DNA of 64,000 nt from Candidatus Omnitrophota bacterium (GCA_029261055.1 JAJDCA010000068.1:5275-69274), one strand, 5' to 3'. Shown: positions 50,594 to 61,177, counted from the stretch's first letter. Notes: generated by a model from the letters alone, not told the origin. Made by a program: numbers and translations.

Positions 50594-51226
50594 TTAATTC
50601 ATCTCCTTTTGTGCTGCAACCCAAATATTCAAAAATACTTCAAAATAGCCTATCCGCATATTTTTACGCGTAAATCCTGCCTTTTCATAAAGACGAGTAA
50701 TTTTACAAGGGGTATAGGCATCTTTATGTTCGGCAAACTCAACAGGACTGACCAAACGAAACTTAGCCATAACCCTAAGGAGCGCATCTGTCCATGCGGC
50801 AGGCGTTGTCATAATAAAGGTTCCCGAAGGTTTTAAAATTCGACGAATTTCTTCCAGTTGTTTAATTAACATTTCTGGTTCAATGTGCTCAAAAACAGCC
50901 AACATTGTAACCACATCAAAATAATTATCTTCGAATGGCATTTCCACATCTTTTTCCAAATTATATCTTTTAAAAAAAATATTTTCTTTTTCCCAGCGTT
51001 GATGAGAATCATTTTCTACAACCTGATCTAATCCATATTTTTTATCAAATGGTGTATTTAACAAAAAAAGAGGATATGTCCCGCAACCGATATCCAGAAT
51101 TTTTCCTTTTCTTAATTCAGGTTTGATTAAACTATTTGCCTTTTTACACCTGAGTTGCGATAAAAGCTTGTCTAAAAACCCCGTGTCTCTTAAAATTTCT
51201 ATTTTTTCTTCTTTAGTTGTCATCAT
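50594..51226 (-). CDS. Class I SAM-dependent methyltransferase
   Basis: ILDIGCGTYP motif I ... VVTMLAVFEHI. Confidence 0.7.
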   Translation of the reverse strand: MMTTKEEKIEILRDTGFLDKLLSQLRCKKANSLIKPELRKGKILDIGCGTYPLFLLNTPFDKKYGLDQVVENDSHQRWEKENIFFKRYNLEKDVEMPFEDNYFDVVTMLAVFEHIEPEMLIKQLEEIRRILKPSGTFIMTTPAAWTDALLRVMAKFRLVSPVEFAEHKDAYTPCKITRLYEKAGFTRKNMRIGYFEVFLNIWVAAQKEMN

Positions 51227-51942
51227 TTTTTAACAGAGTCATCAACGACCCAAAATTTTAATATCGTTAAAATAGCCTTAACACCATCCACCCAATTAAT
51301 TTTCTTTCCTTCAGCGTACGTCCTTCCAGAATAACTAATCCCTACTTCAAAAATTCGACACTCTCTCTTAGCAATCTTTGCCGTTATTTCTGGTTCGAAA
51401 CCAAACCTTTTCGACCGAATAGGAATAGATTTGATAAGGTCGGCCCGAAAGGCTTTATAACATGTTTCCATATCTGTAAAATTTAAATTCGTGAGCATAT
51501 TACTCAACAGAGTAAGAAATTTATTTCCTAAAGAATGCCAATAAAAAAGGACACGTTTTTTCTGTGAACCAATAAAACGCGATCCATAAACACAATCTGC
51601 TTCATTCTTAATAATAGGCTCTAAAATCAATTCATATTCAGCTGGATCATACTCCAAATCTCCGTCCTGAATAATACACAAATCCCCTGTCATATGACTA
51701 ATAGCTTTTTGAAGCGCCGCCCCTTTGCCTGAATTGGTTGATTGATAATAAGGAAAAATTATATCCGGAAACTCTCCTCTTAACTTCTCAATAACTTTTT
51801 TTGTTCCATCCGTTGAACCGTCATCCACCATAACAAGTTCCATAGCTGAAATTCCTGGAATTTTTTGCTTAATCACACGGCCCACAATCTTGTTCAACCA
51901 TTTTTCTTCGTTGTATACAGGCATCAAAACACTAAGTTTCAT
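51223..51942 (-). CDS. Family 2 glycosyltransferase
   Basis: LSVLMPVYNEE...VDDGSTDGT...IQDGDLEY. Confidence 0.8.
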   Translation of the reverse strand: MKLSVLMPVYNEEKWLNKIVGRVIKQKIPGISAMELVMVDDGSTDGTKKVIEKLRGEFPDIIFPYYQSTNSGKGAALQKAISHMTGDLCIIQDGDLEYDPAEYELILEPIIKNEADCVYGSRFIGSQKKRVLFYWHSLGNKFLTLLSNMLTNLNFTDMETCYKAFRADLIKSIPIRSKRFGFEPEITAKIAKRECRIFEVGISYSGRTYAEGKKINWVDGVKAILTILKFWVVDDSVKK

Positions 51943-51954
51943 TTTTCATTGACC

Positions 51955-53655
51955 TTAATAAGCAATAATAAACGGTAATGATTCTCTATTAACATTGACG
52001 GGAAATTGAGCAAATGTAACGTCTCCAAATGGAAGGTCAATGGAATCTTGTCTCTTTTGCTGAATATATTCTTTACTTTGAACAAAAAGATTTAAATCTT
52101 TTTTACGCAATATTTTCTCTTTTGATATACCAAAATCTGTTTTGTGTGCCCGATAAATCGATAAAGTATTCAACATTAACGAAAAAACGAGAGCCCCCAT
52201 TAATATTTTTGAAGGCTTATCAAGAATTCCTGCAATTAAAACAAACATCAAAGCAACAGGAATGTAAAGAAATCTTGTTTGATGTGATCCTGCCCACCAA
52301 GTAAGCCAATAGATCATAATAAAAAATGCTAAAATCGTAAACTGTTTTTTTGTAAATGAAATTATGGAATAATAAATAAACAAACCTAAAAAAAGGAGAT
52401 ATGGCAACCCTAACGGATAATCATATTTATTATTTACTCCTTTTTCTGGTATAGCAATAATCCATAAATGTTTTAGGAAATCTGAAAAAGAGCGACCATA
52501 TCCATAAAGATCTTTTTTATCTATGTAAGAATCTGCCGAATCAACAATTGATTGCCACTTCCTTGTCCCGTTATCAATATTTTTACTTACCTTGATTAAA
52601 CCAGTGCCAAATGGAAAAACCGGCGCCCCTGTATAATACAACGATTTAAATACAAAAGGGCCGCCAATGAGAGCGCTTAATAAAATAAACCTTAAGCATA
52701 ATTTAAAAAAATTTGGTTTTAGAAAAGAAACTTGCGCATTTTGTCTATCACTAATATTAAAACCCCATTGAATATCTCTGAACCCTATTTTCTTGAATAT
52801 CCAAAACAAAATAAACAAAGCTAGCATAAGTAACACCATTTGAAATGGAATAAATGATTTTGACCAAAATAGAAATGCAAATTCCGTAAGGCTCAAAAAA
52901 ATAGATCCTCTTAAAAAACTATCCAAAGCAGCAAGAAACAAATAACACATAACAATATCTAACATTGCCGTTCCCATTTGAATCCCAAAACCATGCGACC
53001 CCATAATGGCAAAAACAACAAGACTGGTACTCATTAATTTATTATGACTGAATCTTCCTGCCAGCCTTGCGGCTACAAGAATCTCCCCAACTAAGAAAAT
53101 AAACTGGGGTGATTTATTAGGAAGTTGCGTCACAAACCAATAGGGCGCAAGAGAAAAATTTAGTGGCAAAGGAAACAAATCTGCTGAAGACCATGGGATA
53201 TGCGCAAATGAATTTAAAATCAAATGCTGACGAGGAATCGTGTAATGATAATTTAATACATCATATTCTTGCATCAAATGGGGGGGATGGAGTGACGCAA
53301 AAAAAGCACACGTTAATATCAAAAAAACAAAACTACAGCCAAGAATGAAATAGATTCTTGTTGTTAAAGTAGAATCTAAAAACTCAGACTTCAACTCTTT
53401 GATCGTTAAAAAAAAATTCTCTTTATTTAAAAAAATAAGCACGACCGAAAAAAGAAAAAACAAAACAGAAGCTAACGGTGAGGTCATGCCGTTTTTTGTG
53501 TCAAAAAAAAATAATTCGATCCAATAAATACCATACCCAATTACTAACATGAATGTTGGTAAATGGGTCCATTCTAAACTTAACGTTTTAAAAATACGAT
53601 TGCTCTGCATACAATATAGCCTATGACGACAATAAGATAATACGCATCCCCCCAT
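51955..53655 (-). CDS. Polytopic integral membrane protein of unknown function (possible polymerase or GT-C-like)
   Basis: 566 aa and highly hydrophobic, with no diagnostic motif. Start uncertain. Confidence 0.4.
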   Translation of the reverse strand: MGGCVLSYCRHRLYCMQSNRIFKTLSLEWTHLPTFMLVIGYGIYWIELFFFDTKNGMTSPLASVLFFLFSVVLIFLNKENFFLTIKELKSEFLDSTLTTRIYFILGCSFVFLILTCAFFASLHPPHLMQEYDVLNYHYTIPRQHLILNSFAHIPWSSADLFPLPLNFSLAPYWFVTQLPNKSPQFIFLVGEILVAARLAGRFSHNKLMSTSLVVFAIMGSHGFGIQMGTAMLDIVMCYLFLAALDSFLRGSIFLSLTEFAFLFWSKSFIPFQMVLLMLALFILFWIFKKIGFRDIQWGFNISDRQNAQVSFLKPNFFKLCLRFILLSALIGGPFVFKSLYYTGAPVFPFGTGLIKVSKNIDNGTRKWQSIVDSADSYIDKKDLYGYGRSFSDFLKHLWIIAIPEKGVNNKYDYPLGLPYLLFLGLFIYYSIISFTKKQFTILAFFIMIYWLTWWAGSHQTRFLYIPVALMFVLIAGILDKPSKILMGALVFSLMLNTLSIYRAHKTDFGISKEKILRKKDLNLFVQSKEYIQQKRQDSIDLPFGDVTFAQFPVNVNRESLPFIIAY

Positions 53656-53731
53656 GGGACCCTGCTTAATTTAAACTTCCTTGTATCCCGTGACTTTTGT
53701 TCCATTTTTCTACTTTAATAGTGGGATTACC

Positions 53732-54853
53732 TCATTGCAATTCAAATTGTGCAATTTGCTCAAAAGAATGTATCATCCTGTGGCCATATGCAGATGGGGT
53801 AAATATTTTGAGAAACCGTTCCCGGTTTTCCCCCCCCATTTTCTTCCGTAATGTTTCATCATGAGACAATGTCAAAATTTTATCAGCCAATTGCGTTTCA
53901 TCACCTTTTGGAAATAAAATTCCGCCTTTGCCATCTTCGATAATTTCCGGAATTGTCCCCTCAATGGAAGCTACAATCGGAAGGCTTTCCGCCATCGCAT
54001 GCAAAAGGACCAGCCCAAAAACATCCCGATGCGTCGGAAAAATAAAAATATCGGCATTCCTCATAAGTTCCGTTCTTTTTTCATCACTTTCCACATACCC
54101 CAAAAATTTTACATACGGCTTCAAATTATTACTCTCAACGAATTCTTCGATTTCCGCTTTGAGTTCATTTGATTCAAACGGCCCTCCAAATATAAATCGA
54201 ATATTAGCATTTTTCTGAATAACTTTTGGAATCGCGTGTATCGCGGTTAAGACACCCTTTGTCCGACTAAGAAATGAAAAATAAAGTACTTCAACACAAC
54301 CATTTTTTTTCTCTTCCCTCTTTCCTTTATCATAAAAATCTGTCACACATCCTGGAACAGCCACTAATGTCGAAGAATCCATAAACCCTTCATATTTACC
54401 CTTCGTCCCCTCCCCCAAAACAATACTTGCTGTGGCCATCTCACAAAACTTCCTCACTAACCATTTATAAAAATTACTACTACTATCATACAACTCTCTC
54501 ACATACTGCCCCATATCATGAATAACAATACGACACCCTAATACCTTTCCAATTCCACAAAAAATAAAATCCTTCAAAAAAGGCATTTTATCAAAGCTCA
54601 TATTATAAAGAACATATTGTGGGCGCTTAGAAAGGATTAAATAAATATACTGAAAAAGATAACGAACCATTTTAAATATCTTTCTAAACGTTACTTTTTT
54701 ATGTGTGTCGTACGACCAAAAGTGCATATTTAAAAAGGTTATCTGAAAATGATCGACAAATTTTGACTCCATAAGCATTTTATACATCATGCTATGGCCA
54801 AAATAAGGAGGGGGCAGGGTTCCGCAAATAAGAATACGTGTTTTATTCTTCAT
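53732..54853 (-). CDS. GT4-family (RfaB-like) glycosyltransferase
   Basis: C-terminal ...IFIFPTHRDVFGLVLLHAMAESLPIVASIEGTIPEII... is the GT4 motif. Confidence 0.8.
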   Translation of the reverse strand: MKNKTRILICGTLPPPYFGHSMMYKMLMESKFVDHFQITFLNMHFWSYDTHKKVTFRKIFKMVRYLFQYIYLILSKRPQYVLYNMSFDKMPFLKDFIFCGIGKVLGCRIVIHDMGQYVRELYDSSSNFYKWLVRKFCEMATASIVLGEGTKGKYEGFMDSSTLVAVPGCVTDFYDKGKREEKKNGCVEVLYFSFLSRTKGVLTAIHAIPKVIQKNANIRFIFGGPFESNELKAEIEEFVESNNLKPYVKFLGYVESDEKRTELMRNADIFIFPTHRDVFGLVLLHAMAESLPIVASIEGTIPEIIEDGKGGILFPKGDETQLADKILTLSHDETLRKKMGGENRERFLKIFTPSAYGHRMIHSFEQIAQFELQ

Positions 54854-55152
54854 GAAAAAGATCTCACATGATCATAAACTGCCCGGCCTTAAACTTTTAA
54901 CTAATAGGCAGAATTTCACCGCCTATGAGCCATACGCAGACTGACAGTTTCCACTGTAAAAAATGTAAAACAATTTATAAAGATTTAAGAACTGCGGATT
55001 TAAATGTATCTATCGAACTAAATACTAGAGGATAGATTTTAAGTCTGTGATCTTTTCCAACACTCAATTCGCTGCAGTCGGAATTCCGACTGAGCGTAAG
55101 AGAACCTCGGAAAAGGTCATGAAAGTTTTTAGTATTGCTCTCTTAACTTCTC

Positions 55153-57225
55153 TTAAAACTTTCCATAATACATATGTTCCAAAGAAATAGCATTATCTTT
55201 TTTGCGCTTTAAAAGAGTAAGCCCTGTCAAAAGCCTGTTCGTTGTTCTTACCCAAACCGCATAGTAGGGACTGTCTGTCGGAGCTTTGGTTTCATTAATA
55301 ATATCGCCTAGCCAAAAATTACTTGCGCAATACGGACTGATCGTTCTGCGAGTAGTATAGTTTTTTCCGTCTGCAGTTACGACATCAATTTCAAAATAGC
55401 AGGATCTATCGTAATTCTTACCTGAAGAGAGATATATTATGCTAAACATCGTATCAAATCCATCAGGACCATCTAAGAATACCCCCCTTGAGAAAAGCTT
55501 TACGCTCTGGTGAGGGGTGCTTTTGAATTCTGTTGATCTAGGCAAGGTTTCTTCAAAACAAAAAGGTATGTTTGGTAATCCGCCTGCTCCAGCAGAGGTT
55601 GTCGTAAGATAAGGATTAAGTCTATGACTGAATCCTCCGTCTAGAGCTAAAGAGTAAGGAACATTCTGGCGGCCTTGCGGAATTGCACAAAATATCCCAC
55701 CTGATGAAATCTGAACATTATTATCTTTCAGATAGTTATTTAAATTCAAAATAGGATCCGTTTGATAATCGTATATCTTATCATTTTCATAAATTTTAAT
55801 TCCCTTATTATCAAAATATTGAAATGTAAATTCTTTGATCGGAAATTCGCTCTCGCCATGATAACCGAGAATAGAGTCTATTTTTTCATACTCTGGAAAT
55901 ATAGGATAGTGAAGTTGCCATGGATATATTCCGTATAGATCTAACTTTTCAAGTTCATCTTCTTTGTAAACATGTCCTTCCGCTGAATCCGGCCGATATG
56001 GATTGCCGCTTTTTTCTCCCCTGTAAGACGTTCCCGTTTGATGATAAGTATTCAGCCATGTGTTTTCAGGAATCGATTTTGTTGTATGATATAAATTTGG
56101 TCGATGCATACTTAAGTCTGATTTAATAAATAACCGTACGGCAGATACATTTTTTGATAATACATCGCTAAATAGTTCATTGATGTCCTGCATAACCATG
56201 TGCCCACGCTCAACTTTCTTCATGTCCCGTTCGTTTCTATGCTGCTCTCCATTTTGAAAGTATTCAAGTATTGCTTTTGGTTGTAACGGTTCCCGTTGAT
56301 TGTGGTTGAACATTGCAGCAACCAATCGATGACCTGGCTCATTATCCGGAAGAAATCCTCTAATAAAACAACAATCGGTACCAAATGTACCAAACCCTGA
56401 CTGATGATTACAAGCAATAGATTTGTCTCCCAGATAGTCAATGTAATATTGAAGAAAAGGACGAACTTTGCTTGTAATGCCTTCCGCTTCAAATTCGATT
56501 TCAATATATCCGCAAAAATCACCAAGATTCATTGTGCGAGAATCAATCACATATGTGCCCCCAGCAGGAATAAGAAATTGACCAGAATCAATTTGTCTTC
56601 CTTCAAAAGTTTTTAAACAAAATCGGAAATCAATAGGAAAAGGGTTCTCATATAAGCGGTCAAAATAATTATGTACTTGAATCACGGTTGCGGTGTTACC
56701 AGAAAAGAAATCTGAATAAGAATAATAAGGCGTGGCCTCCGATATAGAAATGCGCGTAACAATCTGATCGCCTTTGTTGTTGTCGTATAATATTTCATTC
56801 AAAGTATATGCAGCAACGTGATTAAAAGAAGCAACCAGCCACCCATCACAATCAGGAACTCCTGATTCGTAAGAAATAGGTTTAACCGTTTGCTTATTAA
56901 ATTTCTTACCAATGCAGCGTAAATCGTAAGAATAATAGCCTAAACATGAAGCTGGTTTAATATCAGGCACCTTTATATCTTTGGTAGTACAATCTACCAA
57001 TACAGCATATTTTTTTACACCAAATCGTTTAAAAATATTTACTAACGTTTCGGTGCTGCGCATCTGTGAGCGTTGATACATCCCGTCTGTAACGGAGGAA
57101 AATTGGGTTAAGATTGCTTTACCGGATTTTCTAATAACCTTATGCCGGGAAAGAAATCCTACCTTTGCGGATTTTTTTAAATTATTTTTACTTTTATCTA
57201 AAAAACTCTGTACATTTGATCCCAT
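55153..57225 (-). CDS. Hypothetical 690-aa protein, no recognisable domain (rich in aromatic residues, Gly and Cys)
   Basis: Long ORF in an operon-like arrangement. No signal peptide or known motif seen. Confidence 0.5.
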   Translation of the reverse strand: MGSNVQSFLDKSKNNLKKSAKVGFLSRHKVIRKSGKAILTQFSSVTDGMYQRSQMRSTETLVNIFKRFGVKKYAVLVDCTTKDIKVPDIKPASCLGYYSYDLRCIGKKFNKQTVKPISYESGVPDCDGWLVASFNHVAAYTLNEILYDNNKGDQIVTRISISEATPYYSYSDFFSGNTATVIQVHNYFDRLYENPFPIDFRFCLKTFEGRQIDSGQFLIPAGGTYVIDSRTMNLGDFCGYIEIEFEAEGITSKVRPFLQYYIDYLGDKSIACNHQSGFGTFGTDCCFIRGFLPDNEPGHRLVAAMFNHNQREPLQPKAILEYFQNGEQHRNERDMKKVERGHMVMQDINELFSDVLSKNVSAVRLFIKSDLSMHRPNLYHTTKSIPENTWLNTYHQTGTSYRGEKSGNPYRPDSAEGHVYKEDELEKLDLYGIYPWQLHYPIFPEYEKIDSILGYHGESEFPIKEFTFQYFDNKGIKIYENDKIYDYQTDPILNLNNYLKDNNVQISSGGIFCAIPQGRQNVPYSLALDGGFSHRLNPYLTTTSAGAGGLPNIPFCFEETLPRSTEFKSTPHQSVKLFSRGVFLDGPDGFDTMFSIIYLSSGKNYDRSCYFEIDVVTADGKNYTTRRTISPYCASNFWLGDIINETKAPTDSPYYAVWVRTTNRLLTGLTLLKRKKDNAISLEHMYYGKF

Positions 57226-57275
57226 TTTTAGCCTCCATTTTTCAGATTTGTATTTCTGTTATAGCACCGGTAAAC

Positions 57276-58502
57276 CTATTTAAGGGGCTCAAACCCATGA
57301 TTTTCGCAAGTTGATATAGCGATCCCGTCAATTTCAATTAACCATTCCGGCCTGCATACCGAACCATGAACAATCGTATAAGGAATGTTAATAGATTGTT
57401 GATTTAGAAAAGACCTAACAAGTAAAGAATCCGAAGGATCTCGAAGATAAACATTCATAAAAAACATGTTATCAAGCGACGCCCCGGCAGATTTCAACAG
57501 AGCCTCAATATTTTCAAGGGTTCTTTCTGCTTGGCCGATAACATCTTCCGGATATAAAACGTCTCCCTTTTTATCAATGCTTGCCGTCCCTGAGATATAA
57601 TAATGATTTCTGTCTCCGAATAAAACCTTAGTAGCTCTCTCAAAAGTTACACCGTAGTCACTGGTTGAATTTAAATATTCAAAAGCATTGATATACTCTA
57701 TTTGTTCTTTTTGAATGCCAAAAATTGACAGGGCGTCCATTGAAATGTGGGAATCTTTGAGTAAGGGCCTCCCCTCAATGCCAGTGCTTGCAATATAGTG
57801 TGTATCTTCCGTCATACCTTCTTCGGTGAAAATTTCTTTGCGTTTGCGTACCATTTGATCATAATTTTGATCTATGTCTCGGACATATATCCATGTACGG
57901 ATTGTGTTGCTTTCAAGAGTGGCGTTATTTTTTCTTAATAGGTCCCTCAATGATTTAAATATTTTATTCGTTTGATTAGTCACAGTTTCATTGTCATTAC
58001 TACTTTCAAACGCCTGATTGACTGTCCATAAAAATCCGTATCTATTTTGACGAACCAAAACAGCATTTGAATGAGGACCTCCATTAGAAAAAGAAACTTT
58101 CTTTTTTTGTAGGGGATTACCATCAGGCGTACTCATATGATAGGCATGCAAAATTACTTTTGTGCTTAGAAGGGGGGGTTGCTGCACGACTGAAACAGCC
58201 GTGTTTTTATTATCTGTATAAAGAAAACTTTTTGATAAAACATTAGACTGATTTGTAATATCGCTTACAAAAATTCTTCTGAATATGGCTGTGTCTAAAG
58301 ATAAATTTAAACTCTCAAGTGCATGCAAATAAAACCCTTCAATTTCCTTTAATTGCTGTTTAAACGAAAAAAGATTCTTATTTGGTGAGATAACTAGAGA
58401 GGTTTCTTGACATCCTTCCTCCGTCTGAAAAACACAGGCCTTAACACATCCTTCCGAAAATTGAAATGTTTTCATTCCATTCTGTACAACAGCATCAATC
58501 AT
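57276..58502 (-). CDS. Protein with tandem RidA/YjgF-like domains (possibly FkbO/Hyg5 chorismatase-like)
   Basis: The C-terminal GQAERTLENIEALLKSAGASLDNMFFMNVYL is a RidA/YjgF signature. A second, weaker copy lies mid-protein (TIRTWIYVRDI...). Confidence 0.45.
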   Translation of the reverse strand: MIDAVVQNGMKTFQFSEGCVKACVFQTEEGCQETSLVISPNKNLFSFKQQLKEIEGFYLHALESLNLSLDTAIFRRIFVSDITNQSNVLSKSFLYTDNKNTAVSVVQQPPLLSTKVILHAYHMSTPDGNPLQKKKVSFSNGGPHSNAVLVRQNRYGFLWTVNQAFESSNDNETVTNQTNKIFKSLRDLLRKNNATLESNTIRTWIYVRDIDQNYDQMVRKRKEIFTEEGMTEDTHYIASTGIEGRPLLKDSHISMDALSIFGIQKEQIEYINAFEYLNSTSDYGVTFERATKVLFGDRNHYYISGTASIDKKGDVLYPEDVIGQAERTLENIEALLKSAGASLDNMFFMNVYLRDPSDSLLVRSFLNQQSINIPYTIVHGSVCRPEWLIEIDGIAISTCENHGFEPLK

Positions 58503-58524
58503 TGAAGATCCCTTTCAATTTATA

Positions 58525-59430
58525 TCACCCGTAACCGACAGGTGTTTCACCTTTTTTATTAATGCCCAACAACCAATGATGATACTCCTTTAATATATTT
58601 TCTACTTTTGTTTTTGATTCCCAAATGAAAAACTTCTTCAATCGTTGAGAAACTACTTCCGAAAAAATAACTGGAGTATGATTCGAAAAATGAATAGTAG
58701 CATTCGATTGTGTTATTTGAATAATTTTTTTTGCTAACTCATCAAGACGAATTGTATTTGTTGAGCAAACGTTAAAAACCCCATCAACACCTCCAAGCTC
58801 TATGCATCTCTTAAATAATTGAATTATATCATTAACGCAAACAAACTGAAGCATTAATTTCTTTGGTGCAAATATATCCAAAGCCTCTCCACTCATAGCC
58901 TGTTTGAACAAAACAGGAATTACAGCTTTCTCCGCCTGACCTGGACCGGAAATATTTACCGAACGAAAAATACACAAATTTTTACCACGAAATTGCGTGC
59001 GACAAATTTTTTCAGCCTCAAGTTTACTTTTCGCGTACTCATCTGAAGGATCTAAAACTGCTTCTTCATCAATGGGCATCCCTGTAGTTTTATAAACTTT
59101 TGAGGTTGATAGAAAAATAAAATTTTTAATTCTTGAAGAATTGATAAGATTTTCTGTCCCTAAAACATTAACTCTTTGATATTGATCCGCCTGTGGTGAA
59201 CCTGCGTGCGTAAAATTATACGCCCCCAAGTGAAAAACATAGTCAAATTCGACATCCAACAAAAAAGGCACTCCTAAATCCTGACAAAAAAAACCCTTCA
59301 CATTTTGAGTTATGGAACCATCCAATGGTTTGATATCCAATGCATATACATGCGCATCAGTTTTAACTAACTCTCTAACCAAAGCCCTACCAATAAATCC
59401 TCCTGCTCCTGTAATAAGTATGTTGCACAT
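58525..59430 (-). CDS. NAD-dependent epimerase/dehydratase (SDR family)
   Basis: ILITGAGGFIGRALVREL Rossmann motif. Confidence 0.75.
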   Translation of the reverse strand: MCNILITGAGGFIGRALVRELVKTDAHVYALDIKPLDGSITQNVKGFFCQDLGVPFLLDVEFDYVFHLGAYNFTHAGSPQADQYQRVNVLGTENLINSSRIKNFIFLSTSKVYKTTGMPIDEEAVLDPSDEYAKSKLEAEKICRTQFRGKNLCIFRSVNISGPGQAEKAVIPVLFKQAMSGEALDIFAPKKLMLQFVCVNDIIQLFKRCIELGGVDGVFNVCSTNTIRLDELAKKIIQITQSNATIHFSNHTPVIFSEVVSQRLKKFFIWESKTKVENILKEYHHWLLGINKKGETPVGYG

Positions 59431-60170
59431 TATGTTTTCTTTTTTTGTTTATCTTCCATTTTCTTTATCAATACTGTAGCATTATAAAGTGATTCGAAAG
59501 AGCCTGCGTCAGTCCAATGAGATTTAAGCATGGAGTAGGATAGCTGCTGCAGCTTAACATAATGAGCAAGAATATCTGTTACTTCATATTCCCCGCGAGG
59601 ACTTTTTTTTAATTTTCTTAAAAAAGCAAACACCTCAGGTAAAAACATCCATAGCCCCGTATTCACATAATGAGAAGAAGGATTCTTTGGTTTCTCTACA
59701 ATATTAATAATTTTCTTATCTTTAAATTTGACCACACCATAATTCTGGGGATCCTTAACTTTCGCAACAAGAATTTTAGCTTTAAATAAATTTTTTTCCT
59801 TTCGAAACTCCTTCACAAATTTCCCTACATCTTCACTCACCACATTATCCCCTAAAATAACCATAAATTCCTCGTCCTGCACAAAATTTTCAGCCAAAAG
59901 AAGAGCCGCCCCTGTTCCCGTATTCCCTTCCTGAATCTCATAACTAAACCGAGCGCCCCATTCCTTTCCAGAACCGAGCAAACGAAAAAAATCTCCGACA
60001 AATTCCCCTCCGGTCACAATCAAAATATCTTTGATCCCCGCCTTAATAAGCGTTTCCAACGGATAATAAATCATCGGCTTCTTATAAACCGGCAAAAGAT
60101 GTTTATTGGTAACTTTCGTTAATGGACGTAATCGTTGTGCTGTTCCTCCGGCAAGCAAAACCCCTCTCAT
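59430..60170 (-). CDS. rmlA: Sugar-phosphate nucleotidyltransferase, RmlA-like (glucose-1-phosphate thymidylyltransferase family)
   Basis: VLLAGGTAQRLRPLTKVTNKHLLPVYKKPMIYYPL parallels ILAGGSGTRLYPIT..KQLLPIYDKPMIYYPL of RmlA. The start is the MRGVLLAGG Met, giving a 4-nt overlap with rmlB. Confidence 0.65.
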   Translation of the reverse strand: MRGVLLAGGTAQRLRPLTKVTNKHLLPVYKKPMIYYPLETLIKAGIKDILIVTGGEFVGDFFRLLGSGKEWGARFSYEIQEGNTGTGAALLLAENFVQDEEFMVILGDNVVSEDVGKFVKEFRKEKNLFKAKILVAKVKDPQNYGVVKFKDKKIINIVEKPKNPSSHYVNTGLWMFLPEVFAFLRKLKKSPRGEYEVTDILAHYVKLQQLSYSMLKSHWTDAGSFESLYNATVLIKKMEDKQKKKT

Positions 60171-61177
60171 TTTTTTGCCCCCCAAAATCCTGTTAAATAT
60201 CTCTTTTCCATTTTTTCCTTTAATGGTCGCCACCAATCTTCATGAGCCTGATACCATTCAACCGTTTCCTTTAACCCTTCTGGCAAATCATATTTCGATT
60301 GCCATCCAATAGATTTCAATTTTGAACAGTCCAAACTATAACGAAAATCATGCCCGGGCCTATCCTGAACAAAAGATATAAATGATTCGTCCTTATTCAT
60401 TAATTTCAAAATTCTCCGCGTTAGATCAATATTTGTATACTCCTGATCTGCCGCGATATTATATACTTCTCCATTAACCCCACGATCAATCAAATGATAA
60501 ATCGCACTACAATGATCTTCCACATGAAGCCAATCACGAATTTGTTTTCCCTCACCAAAAATGGGCACCTTATGACCGTCGATCAAATTGGTAATAAACA
60601 ACGGGATAACTTTTTCAGGATAAGCTTGAGGTCCATATGTGTTGGCCGCACGTGTTATAATCGCAGGCAGATGATACGTTGAAAAAAAACTGTATGCCAA
60701 ACGATCCCCACCTAATTTTGCGGCTGAATAAGGATTACGAGGCTTTAACTCCGAAGACTCCGTGAAGCTCCCCTCCATAATTTGTCCATAAACTTCATCC
60801 GTAGATACCTGAATAAATCTCTTTAACTTTTTCTGTTTTCGAGATTCTTCCAATAAAACATATGCACCAATCACATCTGTCTGTAAAAACCCATAAGAAC
60901 TCTCAATAGATCTATCCACCGCAGCCTCGGCAGCAAAATTAATTACGACATCAACACCACCCATAACTTTCTTAACAAGAGCTTGATCGCAAATGTCCCC
61001 CTTTATAAATTCAAAATTATCCCGCCCTTCAAATTCTTTCAAATTTTTAAGGTTAGAAGAATACGTCAACTTATCCAAAACTCGTATTTCTGCACCGTCC
61101 TCCCTCTCATAAAGATATCGCACAAAATGACTTCCTATAAAACCTGCCCCACCTGTGATTAAATATGTCTTTTTCAT
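60167..61177 (-). CDS. rmlB: dTDP-glucose 4,6-dehydratase
   Basis: ITGGAGFIGSHFVRYL..., extended SDR, 336 aa, adjacent to rmlA. Confidence 0.8.
   Translation of the reverse strand: MKKTYLITGGAGFIGSHFVRYLYEREDGAEIRVLDKLTYSSNLKNLKEFEGRDNFEFIKGDICDQALVKKVMGGVDVVINFAAEAAVDRSIESSYGFLQTDVIGAYVLLEESRKQKKLKRFIQVSTDEVYGQIMEGSFTESSELKPRNPYSAAKLGGDRLAYSFFSTYHLPAIITRAANTYGPQAYPEKVIPLFITNLIDGHKVPIFGEGKQIRDWLHVEDHCSAIYHLIDRGVNGEVYNIAADQEYTNIDLTRRILKLMNKDESFISFVQDRPGHDFRYSLDCSKLKSIGWQSKYDLPEGLKETVEWYQAHEDWWRPLKEKMEKRYLTGFWGAKK

Noticed and set aside
54854-55152. tRNA or small RNA gene in the 300-bp gap
   Set aside because: No cloverleaf-compatible sequence spotted by eye; only a short hairpin (cagtcggaattccgactg). 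This cannot be excluded without tRNAscan/Infernal.
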